From: Candidatus Berkelbacteria bacterium
GTDB lineage: Bacteria; Patescibacteriota; UBA1384; DTJR01
Assembly (NCBI GenBank): GCA_026397175.1
Contig: JAPLVK010000015.1
Span: 4,996-68,995, forward strand
DNA length: 64,000 bases
Reading direction: 5' to 3'
This document shows, one piece after another, positions 9,222 to 17,214 of the stretch. The notes beneath the pieces are model-generated. The model did no database searches and was not told where the DNA came from. It saw only the letters and a list, made by a program, of their open reading frames with translations. Position numbers and translations under genes: made by a program. The first letter of the stretch is position 1. The number at the start of each line of letters is the position of its first letter.

Positions 9222-9233
9222 TTGACATAAATG
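9222..9233 (+). promoter_or_regulatory. Outward -35 box of IS110 circle-junction promoter
   Basis: TTGACA at 9222-9227; joining the IS ends gives a 17-bp spacer to TGn-TAAATT at 7842-7850. Confidence 0.8.
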
Positions 9234-9474
9234 GATGCCAAGCCAAAATTCCGTCCGCTTCGCCCTTTTCAATACGCTTTATCATTTTGCCGAAAATATG
9301 GCGGCCGGGAATTTTGGCAGATTGTTTTTCAATAAATGTTTCAACGATATTCAAATTTTCTTGTTTGGCAAAAGCGCGCAATTCTGTGATTTGTGCTTCG
9401 ATAGACAAAATCTGTTTATCCTCCACATCGGTGGACTTGCGGGCGTATAAGAAAAATTTATTTTGATTATTCAT
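9233..9474 (-). pseudogene. Large serine recombinase, N-terminal catalytic part
   Basis: YARKST catalytic motif, SAK..GR..F, GILAWHP; homologous to the start of 47585..49081. Confidence 0.92.
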
Positions 9475-9518
9475 ATTTTTTTATTGGGCAAAGCAAATGC
9501 TTTAAATTGCAAGGGATT

Positions 9519-9778
9519 TCGAACCTCCGCCTGAACGCGCGCGAAGCGCGCGGAAACCCTGTTCAGCCATACTCCTCGGCGCTTCGCGCCGCTGAATTGG
9601 TCGGGAAAAAAACGGAAAGTTTGATTTTGGTGGAATTATACGACTCCGCTCGAACTTTTTTTGAACGAAATTTTTAAAAACTTTTCAAATGAATTCGGCT
9701 CGGGCGGGCAAAAAGGAAGGGGGGTGGGGGGAAGGAATTTTTGCCCGCTCTCGCTTTCCCGACGCTACTGGATTTCGT
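9519..9778 (-). repeat. Internal inverted attP-like block (A1-core-B1)
   Basis: 9519-9632 is inverted to 6599-6712; 9626-9778 is inverted to 12517-12669; the overlap is the core. Confidence 0.9.
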
Positions 9779-9894
9779 ATTTCGCTTCGCGAAATGCACC
9801 GCTGGAACTTTACTATTTTTAATTTTCGGTATACTATCAAAGTAGATGAAAGGAAGTAGCACTTATACTTTAATTCTACTATCACAATATCAGT

Positions 9895-10092
9895 ATGTCA
9901 AATATTCAAAAAACACTTAGAAAACTCAGAGAAGCCAAGGGCTTGTCCCAAGAAAAATTGGCGAGATTGTCAGATGTCGCCAATAATACTATTATTAAAA
10001 TTGAAGGTGGCAAAAACCAAAATCCAACACTCGATACTCTCAAAAAAATTTCAAAAGCTCTTGAGGTGAGTGTTGACGATTTGATAAACTAA
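9895..10092 (+). CDS. XRE-family HTH regulator
   Basis: LRKLREAKGLSQEKLA...IE.G...NPTLDTLKKI. Confidence 0.9.
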   Translation: MSNIQKTLRKLREAKGLSQEKLARLSDVANNTIIKIEGGKNQNPTLDTLKKISKALEVSVDDLIN

Positions 10093-10152
10093 AGTAAAGT
10101 GCGGAACAAAAACCCGTTTTAAAAATGATTTTTATTAAGGAAGAAAACCATA

Positions 10153-11190
10153 ATGGTTAAAAACAATAAAACAACTAAGAAATGCCCGCATTGCAAGGAA
10201 GAAGTTTTAATAGATGCTCGAAAATGTAAGCATTGTGGTGAGTGGCTTGAGACAAAAGAAACTAAGAAGGGGGCTGAGGATGTGGTGCTAAGACAGCCCA
10301 ATGAAGAAGCTAAAAAAACTTCCAATAGTGGCTTCATCGGTTTAATTATTATCCTTGTTATTGTTTTCTTGTTTATGAGTTGGTCAACGCGGTTTATGAT
10401 TTTTGCCTTTTTATCTTTTGTGGCATTGCTGATTGGGTTAACAGAGCCAGACAGATTCAAAAAATTAATCAAAAAACCTACACGAAAAAATATTGGTTTA
10501 GTTTTTGGCTGTGCTGTTCTAGCATTCCTTATTTTATTTGGGATTACTACGCCAAAAAATCCGACTATTGCTTTTAATGATTTAAATGATTCAAGTAAGG
10601 AAGTAACGGTTGGCAATTTTGACATAAAAGGCAAAGTTAGCCCTGCTGATAGCGCTATAAAAATAAAAAAAGATAATAAGACATACATAACTACATCGAA
10701 ACCAGATAAAAATGGTAATTTTACCTATAATGTAGATTTGAATGAGGGAGATAATAATTTCTCATTTACCGCTGATAATCACGGCAAAACATTTTCTATC
10801 TCCAAAAAACTAGTTAGAAAACTTTCTCAAGAAGAAACAACCAAGAAAGATGCAGAAGCAAAAGCCAAGGCCGAAGAGGAAGCTAAGGCAAAAGCTGATG
10901 CTGATGCTAAAAAATCTAGATATGAGGCTGGTTCAGTAAATAAACTAAAAAATATTCAGCCAATTTTTCTTGGAACATCAAAGGACAACTGGACTAAATT
11001 ATCGAAGTATATTCTAGCTGGTGATGACACAGGAGTAAAAAATATGATCTATTCTGGAGAAGCGCTTATTGCTGACGGAGGATCACAAATAAAAACAATT
11101 GAATGGAATTGGGGTATATTTCATGTTCGAATTTTGGAAGGTACAAGCAAAGACAGTGAAGCTTGGGTTTCGGATACTTTTGTTGAATAA
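10153..11190 (+). CDS. Zinc-ribbon membrane protein with Ig-like domain
   Basis: CPHC..CKHC, TM helices, G.F...V.L.EG.N.F motif, AEAKAK linker. Confidence 0.7.
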   Translation: MVKNNKTTKKCPHCKEEVLIDARKCKHCGEWLETKETKKGAEDVVLRQPNEEAKKTSNSGFIGLIIILVIVFLFMSWSTRFMIFAFLSFVALLIGLTEPDRFKKLIKKPTRKNIGLVFGCAVLAFLILFGITTPKNPTIAFNDLNDSSKEVTVGNFDIKGKVSPADSAIKIKKDNKTYITTSKPDKNGNFTYNVDLNEGDNNFSFTADNHGKTFSISKKLVRKLSQEETTKKDAEAKAKAEEEAKAKADADAKKSRYEAGSVNKLKNIQPIFLGTSKDNWTKLSKYILAGDDTGVKNMIYSGEALIADGGSQIKTIEWNWGIFHVRILEGTSKDSEAWVSDTFVE

Positions 11191-11206
11191 CTTTTAAAGG
11201 AAAAAT

Positions 11207-12067
11207 ATGAACACATTATTTTTACTTCTCTTCCTTGCCTCATTTATTTGTTTAATTATTGGCTTAACAAAACCCGCTACTTTTTCTCGTTTTATCAAAG
11301 GAAAATCCGCTAGAAAAAATATCGGGTTGATTTTTGGCATTGCTACTTTAGTATTTTTCATTTTATATGTGGCGACGGCTAATACCAGTGATAAAAAAAC
11401 GACAACGCAATCGCCGAGTTCTACAAAAACCACAGCAAGCCAGGAAAGCAAAACTGTAGAACCGAAGATCGCCGCCGCTTATAAAACTGTTGCGACCGAA
11501 GATTTAAGCATGAAAGCATTGGGAAATAAAAAATTATCCGATTACTCTAGCTCGGAAATTTCTAAGTTGCCGACCGACAAACGGTACCAGTTCCGAATTG
11601 TTATCGAAAAAAATCTCGATCAAGACAGTATAAAGAAAATTATCGAGTCACTCATTAGCGATAAAAGATCCGAGGATAGTGATATTGATGAACTTACTAT
11701 CTTCATCTATGATGACGAAAAAGATGCCAAGGAACCATACACAATCGGGAAAGCTATCTGGTCGCCAGGTGGGGTTTGGGGAAGTGTAACGCCTGAAATT
11801 GCCAGTAGCAATAACCGTGCCAATTATATAACAAATTATGAGTTCGTTACAAAAACTACAACAAATACCCTTACCGACAGGGAAAAAGAAATAAGGAATG
11901 ACTATAACAATAAACTCGATGAGTTACTCGCTAAGCAAACAGAATGGTCTTCGGATTCATCAACTGATGATGCAATTAATAAAGAACTCGAAGATTACAT
12001 TATGAAAAAATATTCAATTACAAAAGATGAATTGGATAAAATCATGGTCAAAGGTTTAATACAATAA
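11207..12067 (+). CDS. Membrane-anchored hypothetical protein
   Basis: Two N-terminal TMs similar to those of the preceding gene; S/T linker. Confidence 0.7.
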   Translation: MNTLFLLLFLASFICLIIGLTKPATFSRFIKGKSARKNIGLIFGIATLVFFILYVATANTSDKKTTTQSPSSTKTTASQESKTVEPKIAAAYKTVATEDLSMKALGNKKLSDYSSSEISKLPTDKRYQFRIVIEKNLDQDSIKKIIESLISDKRSEDSDIDELTIFIYDDEKDAKEPYTIGKAIWSPGGVWGSVTPEIASSNNRANYITNYEFVTKTTTNTLTDREKEIRNDYNNKLDELLAKQTEWSSDSSTDDAINKELEDYIMKKYSITKDELDKIMVKGLIQ

Positions 12068-12078
12068 AATTGTAAAAT

Positions 12079-12489
12079 ATGGCAAACGAAAATCAAAAAC
12101 CTATCCATAAATTACCGGAGTCAACGATCCGTATTATGGAAGAAGCCCAAAAATCATACAAACGCTTGGCTGGTAGCATAGCAAATATGGCGAGTATTCT
12201 TCCAAAATTTCCCAAAATTGACATCTCAAAATTTCAAATACTCGACCAGCAAGAACGTGAAATAGTTCCGCCACTGAATTACGATCTTATGCATGAACAG
12301 AATGAATGGAAGCGACATATAGAAATTTTGGATGTGCAAAATGTGGTAGTTGAGACACTATCAGGAATTTTGAAAGAACAAAAATCTACAACAAAACTAA
12401 CATTGTGTCTAAAAAAATTAACATGGGCCATCTTAATTTTGACAATGCTAGGAATTGTAGCAACAGTTATATTTAGCATCATGAAATAA
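12079..12489 (+). CDS. Hypothetical protein with C-terminal TM
   Basis: Co-oriented ORF inside element; hydrophobic C-terminus. Confidence 0.6.
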   Translation: MANENQKPIHKLPESTIRIMEEAQKSYKRLAGSIANMASILPKFPKIDISKFQILDQQEREIVPPLNYDLMHEQNEWKRHIEILDVQNVVVETLSGILKEQKSTTKLTLCLKKLTWAILILTMLGIVATVIFSIMK

Positions 12490-12516
12490 TGCAAGCGATG
12501 CGCCAGCTTTGCTGGC

Positions 12517-12669
12517 ACGAAATCCAGTAGCGTCGGGAAAGCGAGAGCGGGCAAAAATTCCTTCCCCCCACCCCCCTTCCTTTTTGCCCGCCCGAGCAGA
12601 ATTCATTTGAAAAGTTTTTAAAAATTTCGTTCAAAAAAAGTTCGAGCGGAGTCGTATAATTCCACCAAA
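12517..12669 (+). repeat. Repeat B1' (153 bp) ending in the attR core
   Basis: Inverted copy of 9626-9778 with 1 mismatch. Confidence 0.93.
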
Positions 12670-12671
12670 TT

Positions 12672-13208
12672 TTATTTCACAACTTCAAACAAAACAATCC
12701 CTGCTGAAGTTGCCACATTCAAACTATTTGCACGACCGTGCATTGGGATCTCAACGGATAAATCGCATAATTTTAGGACATCGGCCGAGACCCCGTTTCT
12801 TTCGTGTCCTAAAATAATCGCAAGCGGGAATTTATATTTAGCTTTTGTAAATTCAATTGATTTATCAGTTTGTTCTAGCGCCACGATCTGAATTCCTTCC
12901 GCCTTTAAACTTTTAACTTTTAACTTTGCACTTTCCGCATATTCCCAATCAACCCACTCAACCGCACCCATCGAGGTCTTAAAAATCTTGTTTCTGGGTG
13001 GTGTGGCGGTTATTCCACATAAATATATTTTTTTTACTCTCGCTCCGTCGCAAGTTCTAAAAATCGCCCCGACATTTTCCATCGCTTTAATATTGTCCAG
13101 GACAACATAAACATCATTGCGGGGAGCTGATTTTATCGTTTTTATTCCGCCCTTGATTTTAATATTTTCTCGTACATTTCGTTGTTTCATATTTACAAAT
13201 TTAACCAT
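12672..13208 (-). CDS. SpoU/TrmH-family RNA methyltransferase
   Basis: NVGAIFRT, G.E..G, IPM.G..NSLNVA. Confidence 0.9.
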   Translation of the reverse strand: MVKFVNMKQRNVRENIKIKGGIKTIKSAPRNDVYVVLDNIKAMENVGAIFRTCDGARVKKIYLCGITATPPRNKIFKTSMGAVEWVDWEYAESAKLKVKSLKAEGIQIVALEQTDKSIEFTKAKYKFPLAIILGHERNGVSADVLKLCDLSVEIPMHGRANSLNVATSAGIVLFEVVK

Positions 13209-13270
13209 AAAAATATGTTTTTGGCAATAATTGAGTTGAAACTATCAAATCATCTGCTAAAATTAATTTA

Positions 13271-13993
13271 ATGAAATTAAAAGCAATACAAACAGCTCTG
13301 GTTGTGGTTTTGGCCGTGGGGATTTTTGGCTTTGGTGTTTACCGCTATTTCCCTGTTATTTTTGGAGATACGGTTTATCCCTTGGATTATGTAGACCAAA
13401 TAAACTCTTGTGCCGATAATTTTGGACTTGACAAGCCGTTACTTGCTGCTTTGATTTTAAAGGAGTCGGGTTTTAACCCAAGGGCGGTCTCTCGAGCCGG
13501 GGCGATGGGGTTAACTCAACTTATGCCTCTAACCGCTAAGGGCATTAATCAAAGGGTCTTCGATGGAAAATATTCCGATTATTTTGATCCGGAAACAAAT
13601 ATCTGTATGGGTGCGGCTCACTTGGCCGGTCTAATGGGAACTTACAATGGTGATGTAACAGCGGCCTTGATTGCTTATAACGGAGGAGACGGCGCAGCCA
13701 GAAGATATTTAGCCGCTCGCGACACTTCTGTTTTAGTAACCGAAACCCGACTTTACGCGCCAAAGATTTTGGCGGCTCGGGAGGCCTATGCTTCACTTTA
13801 CGCCGATAAATTTACACCTCCAAAAGCAGAATTTAAAATGCCGGACGGAACAAGTTCCGGTTCAAGCGGCGGTTCAGCTTTCAGTACCCCCACGCCAATT
13901 ATTAAAGTCGAGGTCCAAAAACAATCCGATAAAACAAACGCCTTCTGGAAGGGCTTTATAAAAGATGCCTTTGCAAGATTTATCAGCAAATAG
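13271..13993 (+). CDS. Soluble lytic transglycosylase (SLT domain)
   Basis: ES.FNP.AVS.AGA.GL.QLMP, AYNGG, ET..Y. Confidence 0.9.
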   Translation: MKLKAIQTALVVVLAVGIFGFGVYRYFPVIFGDTVYPLDYVDQINSCADNFGLDKPLLAALILKESGFNPRAVSRAGAMGLTQLMPLTAKGINQRVFDGKYSDYFDPETNICMGAAHLAGLMGTYNGDVTAALIAYNGGDGAARRYLAARDTSVLVTETRLYAPKILAAREAYASLYADKFTPPKAEFKMPDGTSSGSSGGSAFSTPTPIIKVEVQKQSDKTNAFWKGFIKDAFARFISK

Positions 13994-14017
13994 TTTAAGG
14001 GAAAAATTGACGCGCAG

Positions 14018-14075
14018 TGTCATCCTGCTTGCCCGCCGTAGCTTTGGCGAAGGTGGGAGCAAGTCGAAGGATCTG
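14018..14075. repeat. Nested REP-like palindromic elements before alaS
   Basis: TGTCATCCTG[CTTGCCCGCCGTAGCTTTGGCGAAGGTGGG]AGCAAGTCGAAGGATCT. Confidence 0.55.
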
Positions 14076-14077
14076 AA

Positions 14078-15988
14078 ATGATTTCGAGCGAATTGCGAGA
14101 AAAATTCCTTAGCTTTTTCGAAGGGAAGGGGCATAAAATCATGCCTTCTTCTTCATTATTGCCCGAAAACGATCCTTCGGTTTTGTTCACAACCGCTGGG
14201 ATGCAGCAGTTTAAACGATATTATCTTTTTCCGGACGAAGCTCCGGCAACTCGAATTGTAACTTGTCAAAAATGCGTTAGAACTGGAGACATTGACGAAG
14301 TGGGGGACGAAACCCATCTGACTTTTTTTGAAATGCTGGGAAATTTTTCTTTTGGCTATAAAGCAGTTAAAAGTGAAAAGTTAAAAGGGGAAAGTTCGCC
14401 AAGAAGTTCAAGCGGTCCATATTTCAAGGAAGAAGCGATTCAGTGGGCGTGGGAATTTTTAATCAAAGAATTGCAAATTGATAAATCAAGAATTTTCGCA
14501 ACATACTTTAAGGGAGAAAATGGCGTTCCGGCCGACGAGGAATCACTAAAAATTTTACAGGAAATCGAAGGACTTTCAAAAATCGAACCGCAGGGTTTTG
14601 ACGACAATTTTTGGTCGCTCGGGACAGAAAATTCTCCCGGCGGACCAACAGTAGAATTCTACATTTACCCAGAGCAAAGTCGAGGGGTGGATGGCGTAGA
14701 AATATGGAATCTTGTTTTCAATGAGTTCGTTTTGAAAAACGGAAGATACGAGCTATCGGAACTAAAAGGGATTGATACCGGTTTGGGTTTGGAGCGTCTT
14801 GCTGCGATGATGCAGGGAAAATCCGATGTTTACCAAACGGATTTGTTTGCGCCGATAATTCAAAAAATCGAAGAACTCTCTGGCAAAAAATATTTATCCC
14901 CTTCGCGTCATCCTGAACTTGATTCAGGATCTAGTAAATTGCCAAATCAAAATGCCACTGTTAACACACAAAGCTTTCGCATCATTGCCGATCATATCAA
15001 GTCAGCTTTTTACATGATTAACGACGGCGTTGAGCCGTCAAATAAGGGGCAGGGTTATATTTTACGCCGGCTGATCAGGCGAGCCGTAGTTAAAGGTAAG
15101 CAGCTGGGAATCAATGAAAATTTTACATCTCTGCTTAGCTCTGTCATTTCGACCGGGTTTGGGAGTGGAACCCAAACCTACTCAATCGCGGAGAAATCTG
15201 CCTGTCATCCCGACCTTGCGGAGGGATCTAATTCAGATCTCTCGGCTTCAGCTCGAGATGACACCGGTAGCAAGCTGGAAACCGAAGAAAATAAATTTAG
15301 AAAAACACTGATCAGTGGGTTAAAAATTATTTCTTTGCAAAACAGTTTTGACGGCAAGACAATTTTTGATCTTTATCAAACCTACGGAATTCCTGTTGAG
15401 ATAACTCTCGAGGAAGCAAAAAGACGAAACAAAGATATTTCAGATGCCTCGCTAGAAGAGTTTAGAAAATTAGTGGGCGAGCATCAAGAAAAATCCCGAA
15501 CTGCCTCTGCCGGAATGTTCAAGGGGGGATTGGCTGATAATAAAATCGAAACAACACGACTACATACGATCGCGCATTTACTTCTCGCCGCACTTCGTCA
15601 TATTCTTGGCGAGGAAATTGAACAGAAAGGTTCAAATATTACCGAGGAAAGGTTGAGATTCGATTTTAATTATCCGGAAAAATTATCCGATGAGCAGCTC
15701 AAAAAAATAGAAGATCTTGTAAATATAAAAATCGAAGAGGCATTGCCGATTACAATGCAGGAACTAAGTTTAGACGAAGCCAAAAAATCTGGCGCAACTG
15801 GTTCGTTTCACGATCGTTACGGTAGCTCTGTTAGAGTTTTCACGGTTGGTGACCCTGCTGAACCATTTTCTCGTGAAATCTGTGGCGGTCCTCATGTAAA
15901 AAATACTTCTGAACTCGGCCACTTCAAAATCACCAAAGAAGAATCCTCGAGTGCTGGCATTAGGAGGATTAAAGCAATTTTAGAGTAA
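14078..15988 (+). CDS. alaS: Alanine--tRNA ligase (no C-Ala domain; in-frame inserts)
   Basis: LFT.AGM.QFK, TFFEMLGNFS, IDTG.GLERL, HxxxH and CGGPH editing motifs; ends GIRRIKA. Confidence 0.95.
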   Translation: MISSELREKFLSFFEGKGHKIMPSSSLLPENDPSVLFTTAGMQQFKRYYLFPDEAPATRIVTCQKCVRTGDIDEVGDETHLTFFEMLGNFSFGYKAVKSEKLKGESSPRSSSGPYFKEEAIQWAWEFLIKELQIDKSRIFATYFKGENGVPADEESLKILQEIEGLSKIEPQGFDDNFWSLGTENSPGGPTVEFYIYPEQSRGVDGVEIWNLVFNEFVLKNGRYELSELKGIDTGLGLERLAAMMQGKSDVYQTDLFAPIIQKIEELSGKKYLSPSRHPELDSGSSKLPNQNATVNTQSFRIIADHIKSAFYMINDGVEPSNKGQGYILRRLIRRAVVKGKQLGINENFTSLLSSVISTGFGSGTQTYSIAEKSACHPDLAEGSNSDLSASARDDTGSKLETEENKFRKTLISGLKIISLQNSFDGKTIFDLYQTYGIPVEITLEEAKRRNKDISDASLEEFRKLVGEHQEKSRTASAGMFKGGLADNKIETTRLHTIAHLLLAALRHILGEEIEQKGSNITEERLRFDFNYPEKLSDEQLKKIEDLVNIKIEEALPITMQELSLDEAKKSGATGSFHDRYGSSVRVFTVGDPAEPFSREICGGPHVKNTSELGHFKITKEESSSAGIRRIKAILE

Positions 15989-16096
15989 TTGATCATCGGT
16001 ACTGAAACTATTGTTAAAATCTAAAACTTGCACTTTTGGTACGATCGTACCAAAAGTGCGAATAAATCTGTAAATTATAGTCCTGTATATTCAAAT

Positions 16097-16918
16097 TTAA
16101 GAACTCAAGTATCTTTCTATAAACCGCTTAGCTTTAATGAGTTTTGAGAGGACTAGTTTTTCTGAAATTCGTTTTTTGGAGCCAAGCGATATAAATGTAT
16201 CGCACCAAAGTTCGATCGAAATTGGGCCGGAGTATTTGGTCTCTTTTAATTTCTTTAAAAATTTTTTAAGGGGCAATTTTCCTTCGCCCGGTACAAGGTG
16301 AGAATCAATAATATTTCCCTTTTTTTCGGGGTTTTCTCTTATGTCAGAATCGGAAAAATGGATGTATTTGATCTTATCCTTTAGCTTTTCAAAATACTCA
16401 ATCGGATCCATTTCGGCGGTACCAATATGCGAGGTATCAAGATTTATTGATTTAAACTCCTTCATCACATCAAAATGATAACTCGGATTTATTGAAACGC
16501 CGGTTTTTGCATCAATCCTTTTAGTCGCATTTTCAAACACAACCGTAACCGGCTTTGCCTGATTCATAACCTTTTTTTGGTTTTGAATTAGCCATGCGGT
16601 GTAATTTAAATCGGAATGATCCCAAGAGTGAACGATTAAAAATTTGGCTTTAATTACTTTAGCCAGTTTGGTGCTGTTTTTGAGTCGTGTTTTCCAATCA
16701 CTCCAGTTTTCTACAAACTCCATCGCCGAGTGTACGGCTACAACCTTTAATTTAAATTTTCTCTCAAGAGAAATAATATAATCCGGCTCTTGACTGTCGA
16801 ACGATTCATCAATGATAAGCTCGATGTCTTTAAAGCCCACTTTCTTTGCTACCTCAAAAAATCGGTATAATCCGTATTTGTGACAAGAGCCGGTTGATAA
16901 AATTATTTGGTTTTGCAT
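16097..16918 (-). CDS. Sugar phosphate isomerase/epimerase (xylose isomerase-like TIM barrel)
   Basis: FEN, LDTSH, IHFSD, H..PG.G, SIE motifs. Confidence 0.8.
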   Translation of the reverse strand: MQNQIILSTGSCHKYGLYRFFEVAKKVGFKDIELIIDESFDSQEPDYIISLERKFKLKVVAVHSAMEFVENWSDWKTRLKNSTKLAKVIKAKFLIVHSWDHSDLNYTAWLIQNQKKVMNQAKPVTVVFENATKRIDAKTGVSINPSYHFDVMKEFKSINLDTSHIGTAEMDPIEYFEKLKDKIKYIHFSDSDIRENPEKKGNIIDSHLVPGEGKLPLKKFLKKLKETKYSGPISIELWCDTFISLGSKKRISEKLVLSKLIKAKRFIERYLSS

Positions 16919-17214
16919 TTGGTCAAAATTTTACTAAAGATATGGTCAAAAAGCAATTTTTGGAAGATATGCTTTCGGAAAGCGGAGGATTTGGTAGATA
17001 CCTTTAGTTGCGGACAATATTCGACTAATGGACGATCGTCCATTAGTCGAATATTATTGTTCTGTAAAATAATAAAATCTATAAAATTACGATTATTACC
17101 ATTTATTATTCGTAATTCATACTTTGCAATTCCGTCCCTTGCTTTTGGTCTTAAACTATTCGTGATAAAATAAAAAAAGAAGCAAAATCTGATTTTCACT
17201 ACCCGGGAGGATTT

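Larger units (their letters stand above)
7833..9233 (+). mobile_element. IS110-family insertion sequence
   Basis: Removing it restores W-H-P-D-R (TGG CAT CCT GAC AGA) in the recombinase; no TIR or TSD; about 250-nt 5' non-coding end. Confidence 0.93.
6599..12669. mobile_element. Serine-recombinase integrative element 1 at tRNA-Leu 3' end
   Basis: Core CACCAAA directly repeated at 6599-6605 and 12663-12669; contains recombinase, internal inverted att copy and four cargo genes. Confidence 0.88.

Noticed and set aside
9519-9632. A repeat as a DGR template for the recombinase 3' end
   Set aside because: Mismatches are not adenine-specific on either strand and no reverse transcriptase is present in the window.
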